Shown: one piece after another, positions 36,176 to 49,000 of the stretch
Layout of the letters: every line of letters starts with the position of its first letter
How positions within the stretch are numbered: the stretch's first letter is position 1
Source: Octopus bimaculoides
Taxonomy: Eukaryota
DNA: 64,000 bases
Direction of reading: 5' to 3'
NCBI RefSeq assembly: GCF_001194135.2
Contig: NC_068981.1
Span: 159,794,098-159,858,097, forward strand
Made by a program: the position numbers and the translations under genes
Notes under the pieces: model-generated
The model's database searches: none
The model's input: the letters and a program-made list of their open reading frames with translations, nothing else
What the model was told of the DNA's origin: nothing

Positions 36176-36255
36176 TATTTATTTATGTGTTTCAGCCAAG
36201 TGGCTGCAGTCATGCTGGTGCACCACCGTGAAATATATATATATATATATGTGAA

Positions 36256-36286
<31 letters not shown>

Positions 36287-36846
36287 TAATAACACTTTGA
36301 CTCAGCTTCACGTAATTTAAAGTTTCATGGGTGTGTAGGATATGTCCATCTCATCAATGCTAGGAGGCAGAGTAGAAAGTTTGAGAGAAATTCAATGATA
36401 CCTTCTAAGTGTTTAGGCCTCTGAGCTGACCTCTATTGGTCAGTTCAATAGACACTTAAACACCTAGAAGTTACCCTGAATTTATCTCAAACATTCTAGT
36501 CTGCCTAACATCTGATGAGATAGACATGTCCTACATGTCTATGAAACTTTATGTCAATGTGGAGTTGAGTCAAACTGTTATTAAAAATATTTGTAACTCG
36601 TACTAAAAGTATTAGGTTCTATTTTCTTTCACCTGTTCACTCACATGTGTTGCTGTTATCATCATCATCATCATCATTTTCCTCTGCTAGCATAAATTGG
36701 ATGGTTTGATAGAAGCTGGTAAAGTTGTGCCAAGCTGCAATGTCTGCTTTGGCATAATTTGTATGGCAGGATGCCCTTCCAAATGCCAACTGCTTTTCAG
36801 AGTGTACTGGGTGCTTTTTATGTGACACCAGCACTCAGGTTTGTGT

Positions 36847-36880
<34 letters not shown>

Positions 36881-37009
36881 NNNNNNNNNNNNNNNNNNNN
36901 NNNNNNNNNNNNNNNNNNNNNNNNNNNNNNNNNNGTCCAATAACACTATCCGTATCACATCCTCACTTTGTTGTTTTTTTGTTATTGTTTTTTTGTATTT
37001 TTTTGAACT

Positions 37010-37059
<50 letters not shown>

Positions 37060-40000
37060 AATAAATATATATATCTTTTAATGTCCATTTTCCATGTGGG
37101 CATGAGTTGGATGGTTTGACAGGAGCTGGTAAGGCTGGAGCCCACACTAGGCTCCATTGACTGTATTGATATGGTTTCTATGGCTGGATGCCCTTCCTGA
37201 CACCAACCACTTTACAGAGTGTACTGAATGCTTTTTACAAGGCACTAGAAAAATGAAAGATAAAAAAGAAAAACCAGTAACCTATTTGCACTGTCATCCA
37301 AAGTTCTTTCCATCCATTGAACCGATGCTGTCATCAAGGCATTAGGAAGGAGAGCCATTAAGTGGCGAGATAAAGCACAACATCTTTCACTTCGCATTGG
37401 GTTTCGCTTATAAGGCATTGCACTAGACCCTGCAATAACATGGAAAAGATTAAAAAACAATAATCATATGATCACTAAACAACAATGTCTACACTCTTTT
37501 ACTCTTTTACTTGTTTCAGTCGTTTGACTGTGGCCATGCTGGAGCACCGCCTTTAGTCGATCAAATCGACCCCAGGACTTATTCTTTGGAAGCCTAGTAC
37601 TTATTCTATCGGTCTCTTTTTGCTGAACCGCTAAGTTACGGGGACGTAAACACACCAGCATCGGTTGTCAAGCGATGGTGGGGGAACAAACACAGACACA
37701 CACACACACACATATATATGTATATATATACATATATACGACGGGCTTCTTTCAGTTTCCGTCTACCAAATCCACTCACAAGGCTTTGGTCGGCCCAAGG
37801 CTATAGTAGAAGACACTTGCCCAAGGTGCCACACAGTGGGACTGAACCCGGAACCATGTGGTTGGTAAGCAAACTAATTACCACACAGCCACTCCTGCGC
37901 CTGCCCCACAATCACATGGTCCCAGATTCAATCTCACTCTATAGCACTTTGGGCTAGTGTCTTCTATTATACTTGAAGATGACTAATGTTTCATGAGTGA
38001 CATTATGGAGACAAAAACTGCAAAAGCCTTTCATATATATTACATAAGACTGTATGTGTGTATGTAGCATTTTTTATATTACTGAGAGATATAGAATGCA
38101 ATACATGAGATAGAATGCTTATATTATTTTAATTACAGCAGAGAAGCTACATCAGTGATTCAAGAATCTTACGCAAAATGCACCTCTCAAATGCATTTGC
38201 AAAAAACCTTTGAGCCTTGAGTCACTGACACAAAAGAAATTACATATATATTTATATATGTTGTTTGTTCGTTTAAAATCTGTTTTTTTATGCAAACATA
38301 GTTTAGATGGGAACTGACTTTTAAGCATGTCTTTATGGCTACATGCTCTTCCTGTGGCCAATACTTGCCTGTTTGTTTTAAGTGGTTTTTATATTCCACA
38401 GATTTTCAAAACACTGAACAACTAGTCATAGCATCAACAAAAAATGTCAATATCAGTAACACTTTGCCCAAAAGGTGACAGGTGAAATACCAACATTCAC
38501 TCACATTCACATAAACACACACATAAAAAAAACCCACCACCACCAGCAGCAGCAGCAGTTTAATCATCATTTTTCTATGCTTGCATCGGTCACATGATAT
38601 TTATTGAGAAGGAGTTTTTATGCCCAAGTGCTCTTCCTGTCAGCAACTCTTGCTCATTCCCAAGCAAAGTAATATTTCTCTTCATCCTTCAAAAGTGAAC
38701 TACACAGGGACTGGATTTGATTTTAAGGTTGCAAAAACCACACTGCTTGTATGATGATAACATTTGTTTACAATTAATGTACAACGTCAAGAGGAGATGT
38801 AAACACACACACACACACACACTCATGCGCATATAGTATTGCTAGATACTGTTTAAGAATTTTATAAAATGCAAAGGATTTTAAAAGCTCTTTGTTTCGT
38901 TTGTTTTGTTTTTCATTAAAAAAGATGAAAACAATAAAAATTATTTTAGGAAACAAAGGTAAGCACTCACCAATTTGATCTTTCTCAAATGGTTCCTCAA
39001 TTTCTTTGAAATTTGCTAAAATCCGAATATCTGAACAGATCTATAAATTTATTGGAAACATAAGTAAGACATATTAGAGAATGCATTTTACATTTTGATA
39101 AAATTGGCATTTAGTAGTCTGGTTGAATAAAATGTGCAAGTGGCTAAAAATGGTCAGCAGAATGACACCCAGGAGTGTAAGAAGGGTGAAAACATTTGCC
39201 CGGAGGATGTTCTCAAGATCTTATGCTGTTCAGTTTCCCTGAGTATTTCTTACTACTGATAATTAATTGAGTCATGGATAAAATATACCAAAATAAAAAA
39301 AATAGGTTGGTGTCACAGCTAGACCACCAGTTGGACAATAAAGTTTATGATACCATTAAATCCATAACATCAATCAATATGTCAACACCAATTCAAAATA
39401 ACTTGTATCTACATTATTTACATTTGACGGATATTTGTCCTCATCTTGTTTGCAACAGCTACCCCAAAAACATACTATCCACTCCAATTATGAAGAAAAG
39501 AGAGGATGAAACCAATAAACTGTCCACAGTCTGCCTACCCTATGTGAAAGGCCTCTCCAAAAAGATACAAAAGATATGCGGCCCATATGACATCTGGACA
39601 GTATTCAAGAGTAATACAACACTTCGCAAATGTCTCCTCCGAGTAAAACCACCAATAGAAGAGAATATGACCAAAGACTGTGTGTACTCCATCCCATGCA
39701 GCTGTGGTAGGTTATACAAAGGCGAAACATGCCGCCCCCTCAAAATAAGGGTAGAGGNNNNNNNNNNCATCCCATGCAGCTGTGGTAGGTTATACAAAGG
39801 CGAAACATGCCGCCCCCTCAAAATAAGGGTAGAGGAACATCGTAAAGCTGTGACACGAGGAGATATTGATAAATCAGGTATAGCTGATTATGTATGGGAA
39901 AATGGAGACCACCTCCCCCTGCGGGATGAAGTTAAAATAATAGACAGAGAACACCACTGGAAAATATGAAAACTAAAAGAAGCAGCACATATGCTAGGAC

Positions 40001-43000
40001 ACAACAACCTCCTAAGCAGACCGAGTGCAGATATGAATAGCTTATGGGAACTGGTATTAAGGAAGGATCTTTGATCTTGTGATCTTCGGATATGAAGAAA
40101 CTGTCATCATATGTCTGTGTGTGTTAGTGTGTGTGTGTGTGTGCATGTAACTGTGTGTGTGTGTGTGAGTGCATGTGAATGTGTAAGTGCATGTGGATGT
40201 GTTGTGTGTGAGTGTATATGAATGTGTGTGTATGAGTGCATGTGAATGTGTGTGTATAAGTGCCTGTGAATGTGTGTGTGTTTTGCATCCACATCTTCCC
40301 AATTACACCATAGCCTGTCAATGACATTCTTTTAGAGATAAAAATTATTCACACTACATCATTCATGAGACACAAAAGCCGTGAAATTTTTAATAAAGTA
40401 ATAGTGAAGTAGATATTCATAGCAAGAAATGTCTCAGCTATCAGATTTATTCAAAACACATTTCAATTTTTAAAAAAATAGATGGAAAATACCAGAAATA
40501 AACCCTTACTTTATGAACAGTAGCTCCTAAACTTGCTAAGCTTGTTAATGAGTCAACGTCCACCTTTCGGCTGTAGGTCTGACTACAAATTAGGTAATGG
40601 CTGTAAAACATGGAAATGATATTAATAAAAATATTTTTCTACAAATAACTTTGATCACTGCAAACAATTCTAACTCCAGAAAACAAACACATAGGCATAT
40701 TTACAGTTCTGTCTCTTCTACTATCACCCAGGGCCAACCAGAAAAATTGTGAGTGAATCTGATAAATGGAAACTGAAAGAAGACCATCATGAGTGTGTAT
40801 GTGTGTGTGTGTGTAGTGGGGTACATGCCTATATCCATATCTATGTTTACACTTGTAATTCATAATGCCATTGTATCCCTGTATGTCTTGTAACTTACCA
40901 GAGACTGATAAAATAAGTAGTGAGGTTAATATGAACAACTAAATCAAGGGGGCGATGCCCCAGCATGATGCAGTGTAATGACTAAAACCAATTAAATAAC
41001 TAAAGTAAATGAATATATTTCTCAAGAGACCAGCTTTTTCATTTTTCTAGCACAAAAATGGCAGTAAATGGATGTTCTGGTTCATCTTCTAAGGGTTAGT
41101 AATTTTGCCAAAATAAGTTAAGTGTTCAAGTTATTATCCTACCTGGGAAAACCAGCCATTTCTGTAACCATTTCATCCAATTTCTCCACCTATTAGAAAA
41201 CAGAAAATATAAAATGTTACCTATATATATATGTGTGTGTTTCTGTGAAGATGCAAGGCCTAGTGTTGCACTCATGATTGCCAGATCATGGGTTCAATTT
41301 CCAGACCAGGTGGCATATTGTGATCTTGAGCAAAACACTTCATTTCATGTTGCCCCAATCCACTCAGTTGTAAATGGGTAACCCTGTAATAGAACAGTCT
41401 CTTCTGATCAGGGGGAATGTTGGTCTGGTCACATAACTGGCAGGTCAGCATCATTTGAAGGCTAAAACAATGCAAAGCTCATTGCAACCAGCGATGTATT
41501 ACAACATCTGATAGTCTGGTAGTCTGTAATATTTTCCTATTCATAACACTTTTAGACTTTTAAGACTTTTAATCATGCATTTTAAACAAATATAGAGAAG
41601 AAATAGGAAATTACTTTTTCTTCATCACCATCAAAGAGTTCGAGAAAGCTTGCTTGTGTTCCAGTTGTACCTTTCACTCCACGGAATCGTAGATCATCTC
41701 TGGCTCTCTCTATGTTAGTGAGATCTTTTAATAAATCTTGGATCCAGAGACAAGCTCTTTTACCGACAGTAGTGAGCTGAGCAGGTCTAATTTTAAAATC
41801 AAAATGAAAAAATTAAAATTACAGAAATAAAAAGAGAACCTTAAAAAAAAAAAGAAAACTTATAGCATACAATCGATTATTACAGGTATACATTTTTTAC
41901 AGTATTCTGTATATAAGAAACTTATTTTCATCAATTTGATAAGTTCTTCAAGACAAAACTCAAAGACCATTGAGTAACTATTCAGCTAATAAAAGCAGTA
42001 CTATATATAGGCATGACTGTGTAGTTAAAAAGCTTGATTTGGGCTTGTCTCATTACATGACACCTTGGGCAAGTGCCTTTTACTATAGCCACAGGCCAAC
42101 TAATGCCTTGTGAGAGAACTTGATAGATGAAAGCTGTGTGGAAGCCCTGTATATATATGTGTGTGTGCTTGTCCACCACTTGACAACTTGTTTGTTTGCT
42201 GACATTCTCAGAACTAAGCAGTTTGACAATAATAAATCAACAGAATAAGTGCCAGACTTAAGAAAATAAACCATAAAACCTTAGAGGCAAGAACCCCAAC
42301 ATTGGCTCCTCTCTGATGACAGAAATGAGCAAAAAATGCATTTATTTTTTCTAAAATACTGTAGTAACGCCGTGCGCATGCGTGGAATTAAACAAGCAAG
42401 CGTTCCCGCTCAATTCATTCTCTTTCTTGCTGGCCAGCAATAGAGCATGGACGTGTCAAGCAGTGTCTCTAACATTCCAACCTGGAGACAGTCTCTTAAC
42501 GTGTATAGCTGTCACTCTCCATCTTTCGGACTTACACTCGACAGCTCGCTCACATCTACATAACAACGTCCCAACAACTATGCTCACACACATAGAAGCT
42601 GTAACAACAAGAGCTAAAGATGTATATATTTACCACCTGAATAAACGTTGTTTAAGTTGATAGTCTGGAGTTCAGCGTTCCGTTATATTTCTTAATTTTA
42701 TATAGGAAAGTCAGGTATCTAATGATGTATAACCAACTTTCCTATAATACAATTCAAACCATATTGAAATTGTGTCCATACTATGAATATTCTATATTGG
42801 GTGTTTAATGAGTACAATATAAGCAACAACAAATGGAAGAAAACCTTAAGTACAGGAATTAACATAAGACGAATTTTTTAACATTTTATGCTAAGGTTTT
42901 CATAGCAGCTGTGATTACAGAGTACTATCTCTTCATAGACAAACCAACTGTAAAGTTATGATACAATATAATTGCTTAACAAAGGTTAAACCTATGATAT

Positions 43001-46000
43001 TCAAGTAATCTGCTCCAATGGCCAGCATCAAAAACAGGATCAGGCAGTGTCAAAAAACACTTGTAAATCCACACAGATATGCCTGCATTTAAATTTCTTT
43101 AGAAGTCTGTAAATTAAAATTAACCAGAACTGGAAATTTTATAACATTTTAACAATATCTTCTTGTAACCAAAATATTATAATTCCCTTTCTGTACACAA
43201 GCTTGGCATGTGATGGTAAATAACTTATGTTAATTCATACTCACTGCAGATGAGTGTAACCCAAACAAGGAAGATCTTTATGCGCAACAGCAAAAGATGA
43301 TAATCTCTGAATGCATCGAGCCAACTGAAAGAGTTATAAACACCCAAGACAGATGAAATATAAGTAATGTTTAGATTAAGCTGCAACTGACATCTGAAGA
43401 GGGTTACACATATAACTATAATACACTAAATATTAAACATAAAAACTAATCCTATTTCAAAGATGAATGGTCAGCATCAAGAACAAAATCAGGTAGTAAA
43501 TTACTTTGATAACATTATGTTAATACCTAAACTTTAATCAATGCTTGCATAAAAAAATTCGTGTATTTGGTATTTTGTTTTTTATTTGACCATATATTAG
43601 TTAAGCTTGAACAGAGGAAACACATTCAATATGTAACAGGTTAAGTATTATAATCAATGACTGTTGGGAGTCACCAATTTGTAATGGTTAAGTGTAAGAT
43701 CCAATTTTAACAGTTTATAAACATCGGAGGTCACCAATCACGTGTAACAATAATATGCACCGAATAAATGAGAGAAGATATTAATTGTTAGTTGAAATGG
43801 TCATTTATTTATTATTGTCATCATTACAAAGTACTTTACAACTACTTGGTATTGTTTGAGGAATACAAGAGTCTGTAGATAGTTAGCTTCATTTGGGAGT
43901 GACTACTAGAGATAGAAAGAGTAAGAGAACCTAGGCAGATAGAAAAAGTAAGAGCTGTGTTGTCCCTTGCATAAAGGCGCTTCGTCCATCAGTGCTAGAA
44001 GAAAGAAGGAAGAAAGCAAGATGCTCTTTGACCAGAGGCCAAGCAACCAAAGAGTTAGGACTGATTTTAGGTTGCTTATTTATATCTTTCCTAACCAAAC
44101 TAGGTCAGGCTAAACAGAGTATTTTCCCTCTGTATCATGTATGTCTCAAAAAAGGTTAAAAGGTCAGTCTACTCTCATTAATTTCCGAGTGCAATAGGAA
44201 GAGGACTTGTAGGAAAATGTAGATTCAGTTTTGAATCCTGGCTTAGAAATTTGAAAGCTATTTGTAACAAATATAAGTTCACAAAAGAATTTCAGTTTCT
44301 TAAACTGTGCAGTGTCAGATGGAATAGGATTATGAAATTTTTAAAGAGTATATCTACAATTTAACAGTTTATAATCTTCATGAATATTCCAATAATACAC
44401 TGACAGAATAGAATCTAGATGTTAGTAATCATACAATGGAAGATTGAATTGTACAAAGTTTCACTCGAAAACAAAAAAAGTTATTCAATATAATCCATTT
44501 TCTTACCTTAGGAAGTAAAATGTTAAAACCATCTTTCAAGACAATAAGATCCTATAAAGTAGAAATTTATTTCAATTACACAATACACTAGCCCTGCAAA
44601 CTCCCTACTCTATTCTTCACTTTTATGAAGCTAGAAATGAGTAGAGAGTCTGCCATACTATATCAAGTATATATTAGTAAAACTGGACAGATTTATATTA
44701 TATACAAAGGTTTTGATTAAAATTGGCTGGAGGATCTCACAGCTAGTCTCAGTATTCTATACTAATCAACTGGATTAACAGCATTCTGATAGTGGCTACT
44801 CTATTATGGATGTTTTTCTGAAAAACAATAAAAACTCATTAATCTCCAAAGACCCCTTTTCTTCTGCATATCAATTACAACCATATAATTACACCAGTTA
44901 TTTTTATAAGCCAACAATGGAGTCAACTATCCCTCAAATTTCACCTGACCACTTTGAAGAGAGGGATACATTATATAATGTAGTCCTAGATACACAACGC
45001 TTGAGTAAAGGATTGATCACAGGTCTGCTAAGAAGGAGTAGCAACAGCAATGCTATGTTTTTCATTGCTCTTTCAACCAAAAGTGTCATAAATTTAAAAC
45101 CTGATCAGCCTCCTAAATAATCTATGCACTCAATATAAAAACAAAAGAAACAAATTCTATCACATTCTGCTTTAAGGTTCAGATACCATGGCATTTAATA
45201 AGAATGAAACAAATATTTCTCAACACTGCAAAATAGTATCGCTACTTCTAGACACCTCAGAATTACACATTCTTAAAAAAGGCCATTATACATGTTAATT
45301 CTATTTAAAAGAAGCTTCACTGATAAAAGACAGTTAGACAATAGGAACATACGGAGCAATGAATTACATATCAAAAGGAATGAAGCAGAGAAATAAACTG
45401 TTGTGCTGTCTTTACCACTCAGTTTTGATTGCTTTTGCATCATCATCATTTTAACATCCACTTTTCTATGCTAGAATGAGTCAGGCAGAATTTGTTGAGG
45501 TAGATTTTCTACAACCAAATACCCTTCCCTGTTTTATGGCTGGACATGTTTTCATAGATGTTTGGAAACAAATGACACTGCATATATATATGACTGTGAC
45601 ACTGGTTTACAACAATCTCACGACTGTCAAGACATTGTTGGCTTGTAATGACAGTGGTTCAGAAAACAATCCTACTATACCAATCATTAACCATAGCTTT
45701 TTGCTGCTCAACCCTTTAGAGACAAAACCAATACTAAAGAAGACAAAGCCAAGAATGTCATTTAAAATTCTGTAAAAAAAAATATCTGAATCATAAGAAA
45801 GAAAATTTTAAAACTTTTCTTTTATTTTTTACTTGTTTAATCACTGAATTATGGCCATGCTGGGGTACAGCCATGAAGAGTTTTAGTCTAAATGGATCAA
45901 TCCCAGTACTTATTCTGTTGGTCCCTTTTGCTGAATTGCTTGGTCAGGGGGACATAAACAAACCAACAATGGTTTTCATGCAGTGGGAGGTAGGGAAGAA

Positions 46001-49000
46001 ACACAGATGCACACACACTTGCTTACACACACACACATATATCCAGACATACAACAGGTTTCTACACTATTTCCATCTACCAAATTCATTCACAAGGCAT
46101 TGGCTTGTCTGGGGTTATAGTAGAGGACATATGTATAAGATACTGCACATTGTCCCTTTCTTTTTTTTAAAGGGCAAAAAGGATTAAGAATCAATAGATG
46201 TGGCTTACTAGTCATAGGAATCTAATTAGTTGTGGAACTGGAATTAATTTTAGTTTTCTGATCAACTCAGCAAATCGCTTACTCTCTTTGCAATTTTTTC
46301 TGAATTTATACCTGTAATTGCTCACTGCCTTATTCAATGGAGAATGTGATGAACCAGAATAGTGCTTAGATTTATGCCGTTGACATGGAAACACTTATTC
46401 TAAAAATAAAGTTACTTGAAAAAGTTTGGACAACAATGAAATAATATTCCACTTTCTGTTTTTTTAACAATATTCAGTCATATAACTTCGTTTAACAAAC
46501 AATAAATCTACGATTAAGCAATAGATAAATTAAAACATAAACTACATACAGTGTTGTCTCCTACATAGGCTGATGTGGCTCCTAAATGTATTATAGGTGC
46601 AGCTTTAGGACAGCAAGAAGCAAATGTATGAATGTGGGCCATAACATCATGACGGACTCTTTTCTCTTCTTCAGCAGCTTGAGCGAAATCAATATTATCC
46701 AAATTGGATTCTAATTCAGAGAGTTGTTCTTCATTGATATCTAAACTGAGAGCCTGAAACATTTAAAACATATTTTAAAATGAAATACACGTTTATTATG
46801 CATAAATCAAAAGCTTTTCAACTAAAACTCTTAAATAACTACCTCAACCCTTTTGATACCAACCTAGCTGAAACTGCCTCTGGCTCTGTAGTACAAATGT
46901 CTTGTTTGCAAAAGTTTTGAATTAAAATATTCCACCAAACCTTAGTCACAATTTAGGTTCCTAACACTAGCTTAATGGTAACCAAGTTATTTTACTAAAT
47001 TCTTTGTAATATTTAAAATTAATTGAAAGAAACACAGAGCATCTCAAGAGAAACATGGTAACAAATGGATTGTCTTTAGATGATTTACTTTCCAATATTA
47101 AAATTCTAATGTTAATAGTACTTTAGTTTAAAATTCTGTTAAATTTTCAAATGAAAACTAATTGAAATTAACTTTTATGCAGAGGTAAGATCACCATGTC
47201 TTTTAGGAAGTTAATCTAATTTGTATCACAACATATTTTCTGCAAACACTATTAATTTATCAAAATCATATCCCCTTACAATACTAATGTAACCATCTTT
47301 AAAAAAATATATAATTTTTTTTGACAAGTTTCATAGCCAATTTGGTAATCCTTATGTTTAGCATTATATCAAAAAAAATTTGAATATTGAATAGGTGTAG
47401 GAGTGGCTGTGTGGTAACATATTTGCTCAAGGTTCCACGTAGTGGGACTGAACCCAGAACCATTCTTACCATACAGCTATGCCTGCACCTGTTAATATTT
47501 TGGGGTAGGAAAACCTAAACAGACATGGGATGAAGGGGTGAAAACTAATCTAAAGATATTGAACCTCACAAAAGAGATGACAAACAACTGCAACACTGTA
47601 TTGGGACAAACCTACTCTCAAACAAGCATAGCAGAAAGAATGCTAGTGAAATATTGATGGCAGGATGCTCTTGCTATAATTCATCCACTACTCCTCCCTT
47701 GCCATTTGTTCACTGTCCAATCTCAGCCTCCCCACCCAGTATGCTTTCATTCTCTGCTCTCACCCAACCTTTATGAAACCTTCCTCTCTCTATCCTTTTC
47801 TCATCTCCCTGCTCTCAGCACATTAACTTTCTATTCAGTCCCACTTCTAGTGTACCCTCCAGCCTCTCAATCTGAGATACTTTTTCTGCATTCACACTCT
47901 GCTTTTTCTGTCCACCACCTCTACCATATCCTTTAGCTACTCTTTCCCTCCTTGCTTTTGCTCACCCACCCTCTGCTTAACTCTCTTTCACTCCTATGCC
48001 ACCTTTGCACCTTCTGATCTCTAGTCTGCATCCATGATCCCTCCACACCTCTTCTCTTCAATAGTCTCTTCCCAGAACCTTGCTGTTTCTGTTTATCTTT
48101 CTCATGTTTTTCCTTTTCCTCATACTTTCCTTTCAACCCTTCCCCACTGTCCCTCTGTTTCTCAATAACACCTGATGCTAATCCCTTCCCTATCAGTCAC
48201 ATCAATACTCCTTCTCCCAACAGTGACTACTTTGTAACTCTCTCCACAGCCACCTTTTCACAACTATCAATCTGTTCCTCTTTTCATACTTTACCCTTTC
48301 TCATCACTCTGTCAAGAACCAATGTTCTATTCTCCTTTAGTTATAGAGGCCCCAATAGGTTCTTAGACTTGCAATATGCAAGGTAATCTCACTAGTGCTG
48401 GTACCACAAAAAGATCACCCAGTACACTATCTAAAGTGGTTGGTATCAGGAAGGCCATCCAGTCATAGAAAATGTCAGAACAGATCATGGGCCACTATAT
48501 AGTCCTCCAATTTGTCATACACAGTCAATCCATCACAAGCATGGAGAACGGATGTTAAATGATAATAGCTATAGCATAATTTCTTTTGGAACTCAGTGTG
48601 TGTTCGTTCTTAAAATTTCTATTAGGATGCTATATTTTTGTTATTCTATTTAAAAAAATTATATTTACTGTGAGCTGGGATTACGATTTTTCGGGTGGAC
48701 ATTGTGACATTATGTCAGGGAATTCAGTACTATTTTTATAATGCTAAACAGAAGGCTCACGGAATCCATTTGACAAATTCGACGGTATCAAGCAAGACAC
48801 CAATTAAATCACAATCCAATTCATCGACGAAACTGTAAGATTCAAAGGGGAATAATTCGAAATATGCAAGTTATGTGTTCTTGCATCTCTGTCCCAACCG
48901 GAGCTATTGCATATCTTTGTTGAAGGAAAACATTATGGGAGCGAGTATCCTCACAGCTTCATTCTTGTAGCATCTTTATTTGCCTTTCTTTTATGCATCA

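Noticed and set aside
39690-39835. Duplicated [13 protein letters not shown] (second GIY-YIG motif)
   Set aside because: Exact repeat across a 10-N gap, so an assembly overlap.
39274-39969. 231-aa ORF as a nested host gene
   Set aside because: It is a chimera of flanking AT-rich DNA, an inverted pLTR tip and a PLE endonuclease, ending in a premature stop.
44806-45120. 104-aa antisense ORF in ADSL intron 2
   Set aside because: No recognisable motif or splice context; compatible with chance.
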